From NCBI GenBank assembly GCA_951406725.2, contig OX597822.1:806001-870000 (forward strand): DNA of 64,000 nt, written 5' to 3'. Below the pieces are notes generated by a model. That model did not search any database. It had not been told where the DNA came from and saw only the letters and a list, made by a program, of their open reading frames with translations. This document shows positions 54,455-64,000 of this stretch, piece after piece. This stretch comes from Octopus vulgaris. Lineage: Eukaryota. The position numbers were made by a program, and so were the translations under genes. Each line of letters begins with the position of its first letter. Within the stretch, counting starts at the first letter, position 1.

Positions 54455-55035
54455 TTACATTAAAAATGAAGTTCAATCTTACTTGCTTGCTTGCTTGCAA
54501 TGTTATACTGCCTGAAAAAGAAAAAAAAACCCAACGAAACAAAACTCTGTAGTTGGGAAACTCAGACTTGAATTATACGGCGCATAATGGGAAATACTCT
54601 GACAGTGAAGAAACGCTAACCTTTCCATTACACACATTATGATGGGCAAAATATATTCAAGTAAAAAGAACTAAAAATACGGTAAATATTTCGTAAAAAC
54701 TCGTATGTTATCTCGGTGTGAAATAGCTATTTTTCCATAGGTTTCTATCGAGTGCATTCAACGTATCTAACATCCAAATATTTGTCTTCTATTTCTAGCA
54801 CCCTCTGCTACCATGTAACAGCTCTTTGCGATAAAGGGCCTGAAATACTTGTTACATGGTAGCAGGGTGTGCAAGAAATAGCAGCCAAATCTTCCCTTTT
54901 CTGGGGAAAGGAGAAGTCACATTTGTTGAAAGCATGAAATAACCTGAAAAAGAAAAAACCCAACGAAACAAAACTCTGTAGTTGGGAAACTCAGGCTTGT
55001 ATTATTGGTGACCCAACGGGTCACGAGTAGTCTAG
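54455..55035 (+). mobile_element. Probable non-autonomous Helitron; 3' end clear, 5' boundary uncertain
   Basis: Hairpin GTGACCC-AAC-GGGTCAC (55008-55024) 7 nt before CTAG|T; (CTTG)n tetramer near the presumed 5' end. Confidence 0.55.
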
Positions 55036-55111
55036 TCTAGTATATATATATATTCCCGCGTATTTACATACACACACGCATACAAACATATATGTATCTA
55101 CAACATTTATA

Positions 55112-55139
<28 letters not shown>

Positions 55140-55144
<5 letters not shown>

Positions 55145-55640
55145 TGCACACTGCATCGACAACAGATTGCATTCCCAGAATACAGAATGATACTCTTTAG
55201 TGAGCATATTGAGAAATGCGCAAAGCAACTACTACCACAAATTTTAATCTTTCCATTTTATCAATGTGCTATTGGAACACCAACACAAATTAGACTAAAC
55301 AAGGAAACATTCTTCATTGAAAAATATAAGCCCAAACTTAACCACTCTAACATTCTTATACAGAGAAACTCACCCCATTAAGTAAAAGAGGCAAGAAATA
55401 TGAAGCGATTATCTCCCTTACACCGGAAGAAATCACTTATTACCTCCCTTACCTGGAACTCTTCTTTACACTTCATAACGAAGTCATAACACGATGTTTT
55501 GAGAAATTTGAAAGTTAACACGAAACCGGTAATTTCTTCAAAAACTGTATGAAAAAATTTTATAACATTTTTCTGACATAATGACTCAAATATATTTTTT
55601 AACCTTTTAAAACTAGCCTTCTGTAGTTTTTTTCACTTTT
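55140..55640 (+). mobile_element. PLE 3' fragment (GIY-YIG C-terminus + UTR), related to 25020-26800
   Basis: LHRQQIAFPEYRMILFSEHIEKC...IFPFYQC...RLNKETFFIEKYKPKLN aligns with the 25.9-kb element. Confidence 0.85.
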
Positions 55641-55645
55641 TACTA

Positions 55646-55714
<69 letters not shown>

Positions 55715-55734
55715 AAAAAATATATATATATATG

Positions 55735-56022
55735 TCACCGTGATCACCGTGACCAACTAGGCTATGAGATGTTGCTACACATCGCTGGTCACAATGCGCT
55801 TCGCATTGTTTTAGCCTTCAAATGACGCCATCCCGCTGGCTAAGCGAGCAGTCGAACAAAAGAAAGAGTGCGAGCAAGTTGTGGCGAAAGAGTACAGAAG
55901 GGTTCGCCACCACCCCCTGCCGGAGCTCGTGGAGCTTTAGGTGTTTTCACTCAATAAACACTCACAACACCCGGTCTAGGAATCGAAACCGCGATCCTAC
56001 GACCGCGAGTCCGCTTCCCTAA
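55735..56022 (-). mobile_element. tRNA-derived SINE (OR1-like)
   Basis: Minus GTTAGGGAAGCGGACTCGCGGTCGTAGGATCGCGGTTTCGATTCC; body shared with 63190-63385. Confidence 0.85.
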
Positions 56023-56029
56023 CAACATA

Positions 56030-56543
56030 TATGAGTACAGGACACCACAAATAAACGTAGAACACAACGAGAAACGAAAACATAAAAACAAACAAGGAAA
56101 CGGACTTTTTTTTTAACAACGAAAAAACAGGGTACAAGACAAACAATACAAGGAATATTCCCCTTCATCAGCTGCCCCTGGTTCGACTTAATGCGTGTTT
56201 CGATGGTAAGGGCAGAACACGATCCGGCCGAAACAGTCCTTCCTGCAAAATGAATTAAATAAAATTCTTTTGCAGAGGGGTAAAAAAAAAAGGAAAGAAA
56301 AAAAAGTGACAAGAACAGGACGTAAAGGCAATACAAATAAAAATACAGTACACCTGAATTTGCGCTCCAACGAATTTTTCCACCGTCTAGGCTTAAAAAA
56401 GCCCTTAATGTTGGTTTTCTTGTCCTGTTTTAATTCTTTATGTGTACTGTATTTTTATTTGTATTGCTTTAACGTCCTGTTCTTGTCACTTTTTTTTTTA
56501 CCCCTCTGCAAAAGAATTTTATTTAATTCATTTCGCAGGAAGG
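56030..56543. mobile_element. PLE-like terminal repeat with inverted partial duplication
   Basis: 56238-56352 is the reverse complement of 56442-56543. Confidence 0.55.
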
Positions 56544-56547
56544 TAAA

Positions 56548-56752
56548 CTGACATCTGATTGTTCAAAGAAGAATTCAAAAGTAACTAGTAGCGACTTCTC
56601 TTGAAAATGGACAAAATTTGGTATCGTCGTGTTATGAAGTACCTGCAGAAAAAGGGGTTAGCCCTCAAAGACATTCATGCCGACATGGTTGCTACATTAG
56701 TGGGTTACCCTCCAGCTTTATCAGCAATGGAAAAGGGGTTAGCTGAATTTAG
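56548..56752 (+). pseudogene. Mariner transposase N-terminal HTH fragment
   Basis: MDKIWYRRVMKYLQKKGLALKDIHADMVATL...ALSAMEKGLAEF. Confidence 0.8.
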
Positions 56753-56841
56753 TGTGACTTATCAACTGTCTGTACCACGACCATTTTGGATCTTACTAAT
56801 TCATTACATATTTGCACACACACACACGCACCACACCCACG

Positions 56842-56872
<31 letters not shown>

Positions 56873-56959
56873 ACACACACACACACACATATATATACAT
56901 ACGTACAAACACGCCCGTGCGCACAAACACAATACATGTATGCATGGATGTATGTATAT

Positions 56960-57380
56960 GACTGTGTGGTAAGAAGTCTTTTCTTAACCATTTGGTTCTA
57001 GGATTAGTCCCACCGCGTGATACTTTGGACAGGTATATCTCGAGGCTAACCAAAACTTAATGAGTGATTTTGGTAGACGGAAACTGAAAGAAAACCGTCG
57101 GATATATATATATATACGCATATATATATGTTTGTGTGTGTATGTGTGTGTGTGTGTGTGAGTGTGTGTGTGTGTGTGTGAGTGTGTGTGTGTGTGTGCT
57201 TAGCAATCGGTTTTACAGTAGTTTATTTACGCCCTCGTACTCTTGTACTTCGACAAAAGATAACAATAAAATGAGTACCAGATTGATAAAAAATAAATGC
57301 TAGTACTGATTTGTTGGGTTAAAATCCATTCAAAGCTGGTACCCCAGGGTAGCCGCAAGATAATGACGAAACAAGTAACA
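56960..57380 (+). mobile_element. Old CORE-type SINE
   Basis: GTGTGGTAAGAAG...TTTGGTAGACGGAAACTGAAAGAA, microsatellite linker and degenerate tail. Confidence 0.7.
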
Positions 57381-57484
57381 CATGTATAATATTATCATTA
57401 ACAGTCAACCGTCGCAACTATGATTGTACATGGACCATGTATTTCTCTCGCTCTCCCTCCCCTCTCTCTCTCTCTCTCTCTTTC

Positions 57485-57626
<142 letters not shown>

Positions 57627-57629
57627 TAG

Positions 57630-58212
57630 AAGGTTGAAAAGGAACGCACGAGTCGATATGTATAAGGAAAATAAAAAAAAGGTAGAAAATGCTAAAATAA
57701 TTTTATCGTGAAGAACATTTTAGTACCGGTTTCAACCTTTGCGACTTTTTCAACATAGAGTAAAGCATGAAAAATAATTAAATTGTGGAAAAATGTTTTT
57801 TATCAAAAATATTTCCATAGTTTTCAAATGTAAGGGACATTTTCCGTTTTTCTTTCTGTCTGTTTTTCTATTTTACTCTTGTGAATTCTAGGTAGTTGGC
57901 AGCAGCTAGTAGTAGTTTGATATGAATTCTTGTCTTTGATTGTTTAAGCGGCAATAGTAGTTGAGAAAAGAGGCGGCGGAGAAGAAGAAGAAGAAGAAGA
58001 AGAAGAAGAAGAAGAAGAAGAAGAAGAAGAAGAAGAAGAAGAAGAAGAAGAAGAAGAAGAAGAAGAAGAAGAAATATTCGAAAAACATTTAATTTTTCCA
58101 CAATTTAATTGTTTTTCATGCTTTACTCCAAGTTGAAAAAGTCGCAAACACTGGAACCGAACTAAAATCTAAAATGTTCTTCCTGATAAAATTATTTTAG
58201 CATTTTCTACCT
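57630..58212. mobile_element. Inverted pair of PLE-like terminal repeats around a (GAA)n tract
   Basis: 57681-57800 and 58081-58211 are reverse complements; similar to the 25020-25130 terminus (GGTAGAAAATGCTAAA, ACCGGTTTC, GCGACTTTTTCAA). Confidence 0.65.
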
Positions 58213-58234
58213 ATATATATATAGTGTGTGTGTG

Positions 58235-58292
<58 letters not shown>

Positions 58293-58419
58293 TACATACA
58301 TACATATGTATATATATAAATGTATGTTTGTATGTAATAATCAATAAGTGAGTGAAATGTCCTTCCCGAGAAATAGACTTTATGAATACGGTTTCCTGGA
58401 TTCTGAGGCGTATATATTC

Positions 58420-58603
58420 CCTCATACACGAACAGAACGCCAGTCCATTGCAGTATTACTCATTTTTGTCGCTTGAGTGGACTGGAGCAAGGTGAAATGT
58501 ATTGCTTTGCACAAGAACACAATGCATCGCCTGATCCAGGAATCGAAACCATAATTGTAGGACCATGAGCGCAACACCCCAAGTGCTGAGCCACGCGCCT
58601 CCA
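58420..58603 (-). mobile_element. Old tRNA-derived SINE with CORE-like domain
   Basis: Minus GGAGGCGCGTGGCTCAG...GGTTTCGATTCC...TTGCTCCAGTCCACTCA. Confidence 0.7.
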
Positions 58604-59889
58604 TTGTGAATGCATAAGGCGTTTATGTATCTATGATATTGCCTTCGACTTCAAATTCACTTCCTTGTCATTATTCTCTCTTCTATCCTTATTACATTCC
58701 CTTCCTCCATAAACCATTCTATGCATTTTGTCGTTCTTCTATTCCAACCCCCACCTCTCTCTCCTCTCCCTCTCTCCCTTCTATCTCTATCTCTCCGCTT
58801 ATATGGAATATTCCCGGATTTCGATTTTGAAGCGACATCAGTTAAGTAGCAAAATGAAAAACTGCATCGTCTGCAGATATCGCCTGCTGACTTGCATCAT
58901 CCGTATCGATCGATCCAGCATCTATCGCTGTCTCCCTCTTCTATAAGTCCTTTTTCTTCTCTGTCGCTCCTTACTCTCTTTCCCAACTTCTCCTTCCCTT
59001 GATTCTTCTTACTCTCCTTTTCACCTGCCTTTTCTCCTTATTATACTTACTCTCTTTTCCCTCTTTTGCTATTTATGATCCTTACTCTCCATATTCTACT
59101 ACTTCACATCAATACTACTACCCTTACTCTTGCGACTATTCTCTGCCTCTTCTTTCTCTCTACTCTTCCACATTCTCTTTGTTTACCACACCCGCCTTCT
59201 CCAGATTACTCTCCATAGTCTTCATCTGTCTCTCTTTTCTCTCTCATTGTTTTCATTGCATCCTCTTTCATCTTATTCCTCTTCATTTCTTCTTGTCACT
59301 ACCTCTCTCTCTTTACTTAATCTACCAGTTTTCTTTCTCCGTAGAACTCCTCTGCTTTCTCGCTCCAAGCCTCCTATCGCTTTCTCACCTTGTCTGTCTT
59401 TTCCTCTTCTCGTCTCTCACTCTCTGTTCACCAATGATCTCAAAAACGGTAAAAACAAGCAGAAAGATATCCAAGAGCGAAACGAGTAACGAAGTGCATG
59501 TAAAGAGAGTGATTGCAGCTGCGCTTGAAAATGCACATGTTGTTACAGCACTGATATCGAGACAACGAGGGAGCGCCTATGTGATCTCTGCGCTTGTTAG
59601 AAACAACAGCCAAATATCCTTCAAATCATACTCTGTCGGCTTCGGAAAAAGAAATATCCGACTTCTTCCATTAGATATAATTTGGTGTTGCTTACACATA
59701 CAGAGACCTGATATTCACAGCTGGAATGCATTTGAAAGAAAGGTCTAATCAATCAGGTTTTATCTAGGATTAAACCACATATTATAAATTAGTAATAAAA
59801 GAAATCATTAAAAGATAAACGATATTAATTATTATTGCGTGCCAGTAGAATTCTTTACAGAGAGAGGGAAATAATATAATATAGCTTTG

Positions 59890-60444
59890 CAGTATTTCTT
59901 CCGATTAGCTCGGTTCTGAGTTCAAATTCCGCCGAGTTCGACTTTGCCTTTCATTCTTTCGTAGTCAATAAAATAAATACACTTTATATGCGTAACTGAT
60001 TTGCTTCTCCAATCGAAATATGCGTAACTGATTTGCTTCTCCAATCGAAATTGCCGGCCAAAATAAGAAAGGATTCTTCTTCTTCTTCTTCTTCTTCTTC
60101 TTCTTCTTCTTCTTCTTCTTCTTCTTCTTCTTCTTCTTCTTCTTCTTCTTCTTCTTCTTCTTCTTCGCTTTGTAACGCATAAAAGAAATTATCTGCATTA
60201 TTATTATTGTTGTTGTTGTTGTTGTTGTTGTTTCTCAGGCGGTGAACTGACAGAATCGTTAGCATGCCAGACTTAGAATCATTTCATCCGTCTTTACGTT
60301 CTGAGTTCCAGTACCACCGAGGTCGACATTGCCCTTAATCCTTTCGGGGGTCGATAAAAATTAATACCAATCGCGCACTGGAGGAATTGTAATCGATTTA
60401 ACCCCTCTCACCAAATTTCAAGCTTCGTGCCTATAATAGAAAGG

Positions 60445-60445
<1 letters not shown>
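59890..60445 (+). mobile_element. Two OK-like SINE copies separated by (CTT)n
   Basis: Cores at ~59912 and ~60297. Confidence 0.8.
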
Positions 60446-60477
<32 letters not shown>

Positions 60478-60479
60478 GT

Positions 60480-60750
60480 GATTTCAAAAAGGTAATATAA
60501 AAGGAGAAAAAAGGGACTCTCTACACCCCTTTTTTGACCAGGCTCCCGTTAGCTTTTATCGGGTTTTTTCCACCAGGAACCTTTCGTAACGCCTCCCCCT
60601 TTTGGGAGTTTTTCATTGTTAATTTTTTAATTGTTATAAAGTTTTTACTCGGATTTTTCAAAAACCGGACATAACCCTTTGTAACCTTTCGTCCTGTTTT
60701 GTCCCTTTATGTAATCATGTATGTCAGCCCTTGTGGCCAATAAAAAGAAT
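60480..60750 (+). mobile_element. Probable Tx1/L1-like 3' UTR fragment
   Basis: Tail GTCCTGTTTTGTCCC...AGCCCTTGTGGCCAATAAAAAGAA resembles the end of 43380-44143. Confidence 0.5.
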
Positions 60751-60752
60751 AA

Positions 60753-60817
<65 letters not shown>

Positions 60818-60832
60818 CATTATTGTCATTAC

Positions 60833-60884
<52 letters not shown>

Positions 60885-60909
60885 GTCATTATTATTATTA
60901 TTATTATTG

Positions 60910-60950
<41 letters not shown>

Positions 60951-60999
60951 TATTGTTATTATTATTATTGTCATTACTATTATCATTATTATTATTATT

Positions 61000-61552
61000 G
61001 AGTGAGAGAGCAGTGCATGCCATCAAAGTGACTCTGGGGTAAAATATACGAAGCCCAATATACCCATCATGACTACCCGTCTGATAAAGGTACACCAGGC
61101 ACATGCATCACAACCATATGTGCGCGACATGGTGATCTCATATCAAGATAAACAGCACATGACCTTGCAGGTGGGGCCCAGTTAGAATTTTCTTCAGGTT
61201 GAGTAGCCCATCCCGCTCAAAAGGTCCCTGAATAAGGTTGTTTAAGAATGTTGAAAGAACCACCCATGTTTCCAGAGGTGAATTATTCAAACCCCAAAGA
61301 ATCCCTCTCAACACATGGCTATGATGCTCCCCCACTACTTCTGCTCGTGATCAGAGATGCACATATCGTCAGCCACTAAGGGAGATGCTCAACTGGTTAA
61401 GGTCAAACAACTGACAAACAAATCTGTGGTATTGAGCAGAATATTTGCTGTAGCCCATCTTTTATACCAAGACAAAACAATGTACATGATAACACTTCCA
61501 ATCATTTAAGATCAGAAGCCATGAGAGCCATTGCCTGGTACTGCATCAGGGC

Positions 61553-61553
<1 letters not shown>
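61000..61553 (-). mobile_element. ~550-bp (TAA)n-associated element, full-length copy
   Basis: Homologous to the other three copies; embedded in a long (ATT)n array. Confidence 0.88.
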
Positions 61554-61607
<54 letters not shown>

Positions 61608-61641
61608 GTCATTACTATTATTATTATTATTATTATTATTA

Positions 61642-61697
<56 letters not shown>

Positions 61698-61767
61698 GTC
61701 ATTACTATTATTATTATTATTATTATCATTACTATTATTAATATTATTATTATTATTATTATTATTG

Positions 61768-61799
<32 letters not shown>

Positions 61800-61833
61800 G
61801 TCATTACTATTATTATTATTATCATTATTATTA

Positions 61834-61880
<47 letters not shown>

Positions 61881-61918
61881 ATTATTATTATTATTATTAT
61901 TATCATTACTATTATTAA

Positions 61919-61952
<34 letters not shown>

Positions 61953-61953
61953 G

Positions 61954-61991
<38 letters not shown>

Positions 61992-62100
61992 GTCATTACT
62001 ATTATTATTATTATTATTATCATTACTATTATTATTATTATTATTATTATTATTGTCATTATTGTCATTATTATTATTATTTTTATTATTATTATTATTG

Positions 62101-62141
<41 letters not shown>

Positions 62142-62217
62142 GTCATTACTATTATTATTATTATTATTATTATCATTACTATTATTAATATTATTATTAT
62201 TATTATTATTATTATTG

Positions 62218-62277
<60 letters not shown>
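61554..62277. repeat. ~720-bp interrupted (ATT)n microsatellite
   Basis: Direct reading; GTC/ATC/ACT/AAT interruptions recur. Confidence 0.97.
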
Positions 62278-62869
62278 GCAAGCTGGTTGCCTAGTTACAA
62301 TGTCGGAAATTATGTTTTGTTGTATAATTTGCGGTTCCTTACTTTCTGTGTTTAACTCACGCCCAGGTCAGCTTTATCTTTCATCCTTTCGAGATCGATG
62401 AATAAAGTACCAGTCAAGCACTGGTGTAGATGTTTTCCCTTCCAAATTTGCTGGTTTTGTGCTTTCATCAGAAATCAGTCTTATCTTTTCCACTACTTTG
62501 TAACAGCAAAATGACTCATCGAATCACTCGCGCGTTTTGTTTGTTCTAAGCATGTTTTAAAAGTTTGCTTTAAAAGATTTTCTGTTTTGCTGTTAAACTA
62601 ACCAGGATGCTAAGAAACTAGTCAAGTCTCTTGGTTTTGGTCCTTCGAGGAATAAAGTAAAAATGTTTTTCCTGAAATTTAATCATTCTTTTAATACAAA
62701 GAGGAATCAGACACCCAAATGATGGTATGGAAGCTTTTGCAACTGTGACCAAAAAAAAAAGGGGGTTTCCTTGCAGCTTCATAGTCTCCTCACTGTGAAT
62801 CCGACATGTAACCGTGACGGCTGCAAAGAAAGAAAAAGCAACAACCTGCTAAAAAAACAAAAACAAAGA

Positions 62870-63115
62870 CACGGCACTCAGTCGGTTACGTCGATGAGGG
62901 TTCCAGTTGATCAAACCAACGGAACAGCCTACTCGTGAAATTAACGTGCAAATGTCTGAGCGCTCTACTGACGCGTGACACTTAGCGTGAGATTCAGAGA
63001 GATTCAGCAGAATACGATAAGGCTGGCCTTTTGAAATACAGGTAGGACTCATTTTTGCCAGCTGAGTGGACTGAGGCAACCTGAAATAAAGCGTCTTGTT
63101 CTAAACAACATGCTA
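62870..63115 (-). mobile_element. Old SINE body with CORE-like domain
   Basis: CTCATTTTTGCCAGCTGAGTGGACTG shared with 58420-58603. Confidence 0.65.
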
Positions 63116-63189
63116 ACACCAACCACTAGAACAACAGGTGATGGTAACAGCGACAGCAAAACCGGCAGGAGTGACAACAGTATCAGCAG

Positions 63190-63385
63190 TGGAGGTGAAA
63201 TGGCCCAGTGGATAGGGCAGCGGACTCGCGGTCGTAAGAACGCGGTTTCGACTCCCAAACCGGGCATTGTGAGTGTTTATTGAGCAAAAGCACCTAAGCT
63301 CCACGAAGCTCCTGCGGGGTGGTGGTGGTGAACCCTGCTGTACTCTTTCACCATAACTTTCGCTCACTCTTTCTTCATACTTCTG
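63190..63385 (+). mobile_element. tRNA-derived SINE (OR1-like), 3'-truncated
   Basis: TGGCCCAGTGGATAGG (A box), GGTTTCGACTCC (B box). Confidence 0.85.
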
Positions 63386-63514
63386 CCACAAAGCAGAGAA
63401 ACCATGGTGTAACCCCACTATGGTGTGGTAAACTTTCAGACCCTAGTCTAGATTGCGAATCCTCAGTACCCTAAGATTCTGCCTGATCGCCTCACCCTTA
63501 ATAATATAATAATC

Positions 63515-63977
63515 CTTTCTACTATAGCCACAAGGCCTGAATCTCGGGGGAGGGATCTAGTCGATTACGTCAACCTCAGTGTTTCGCTGGTACTTAGTTT
63601 ATGGACCACGAAAAGAAGAAAGGCAAAGTCGACCTCGGCGGAATTTGATCTCAGAACGCAGCGGCGGACGAAATACTTATTTCTTTGCTACCCACAAGGG
63701 GCTAAACACAGAGAGGACAAACAAGGACAGACAAACGGATTAAGTCGATTACATCGACCACAGTGTGCAACTGGTACTTAATTTATCGACCCCGAAAGGA
63801 TGAAAGGCAAAGTCGACCTCGGCAGAATTTGATCTCAGAACGTAGCGGTAGACGAAATACCTATCTCTTTACTACCCACAAGAGACTAGACACAGAGAGG
63901 ACAAACAACGTAACGGCAGACGAAATACGGCTACGCATTTCGCCCGTCGTGCTAACGTTTCTGCCAGCTCGCCGCCT
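63515..63977 (-). mobile_element. OK-like SINE multimer
   Basis: Head at the right end; junctions at ~63670 and ~63855. Confidence 0.88.
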
Positions 63978-64000
63978 TCCCCTTAATAACATAATAATAA

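Noticed and set aside
56145-56175. Hammerhead at minus CTGATGAAGGGGAATATTCCTT
   Set aside because: The GAAA half of the core is missing after stem II
58999-59748. 249-aa hydrophobic ORF
   Set aside because: Stop-poor pyrimidine-rich tract running into a repeat fragment; non-ATG start; no motif
61480-61553. HDV-like or hammerhead ribozyme at the 5' end of the 550-bp element
   Set aside because: CTGATGC is not CUGANGA, and I could not build the HDV nested pseudoknot by eye
61502-62355. Poly-Ile/Leu ORFs up to 274 aa
   Set aside because: (ATT)n microsatellite
63190-63265. Functional tRNA genes at SINE heads (also 30640-30714)
   Set aside because: A/B boxes are present but run directly into SINE bodies and the cloverleaf is incomplete

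Overview
Repeat-saturated, AT-rich animal non-coding DNA. The SINE families, Dong/R4 and Penelope content and extreme microsatellite load resemble a coleoid cephalopod (Octopus-type) genome; this is recognition from memory, not a database match. No intact long host gene is evident, and almost all ORFs in the track are microsatellite artefacts. The window holds dozens of tRNA-derived SINE copies (at least three families), decayed mariner and Tc1 transposons, MITEs (piggyBac-type, long-TIR), Helitron/Helentron ends, Penelope-like element fragments with minimal hammerhead-ribozyme motifs, Dong/R4 LINEs plus a 550-bp non-autonomous element (all in (TAA)n arrays), and Tx1/L1 and CR1-like LINE 3' ends. 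The most notable observations are: (1) the dominant SINE forms head-(core-tail)n multimers through one recurrent junction, and its tail resembles the local Tx1-like LINE 3' end; (2) a candidate two-exon small secreted-peptide gene on the minus strand at 42.3-42.8 kb; (3) several hammerhead-like motifs, one inside a tRNA-headed element; (4) an inverted templated insertion inside a Dong 3' end; (5) promoter/enhancer-like unique islands.
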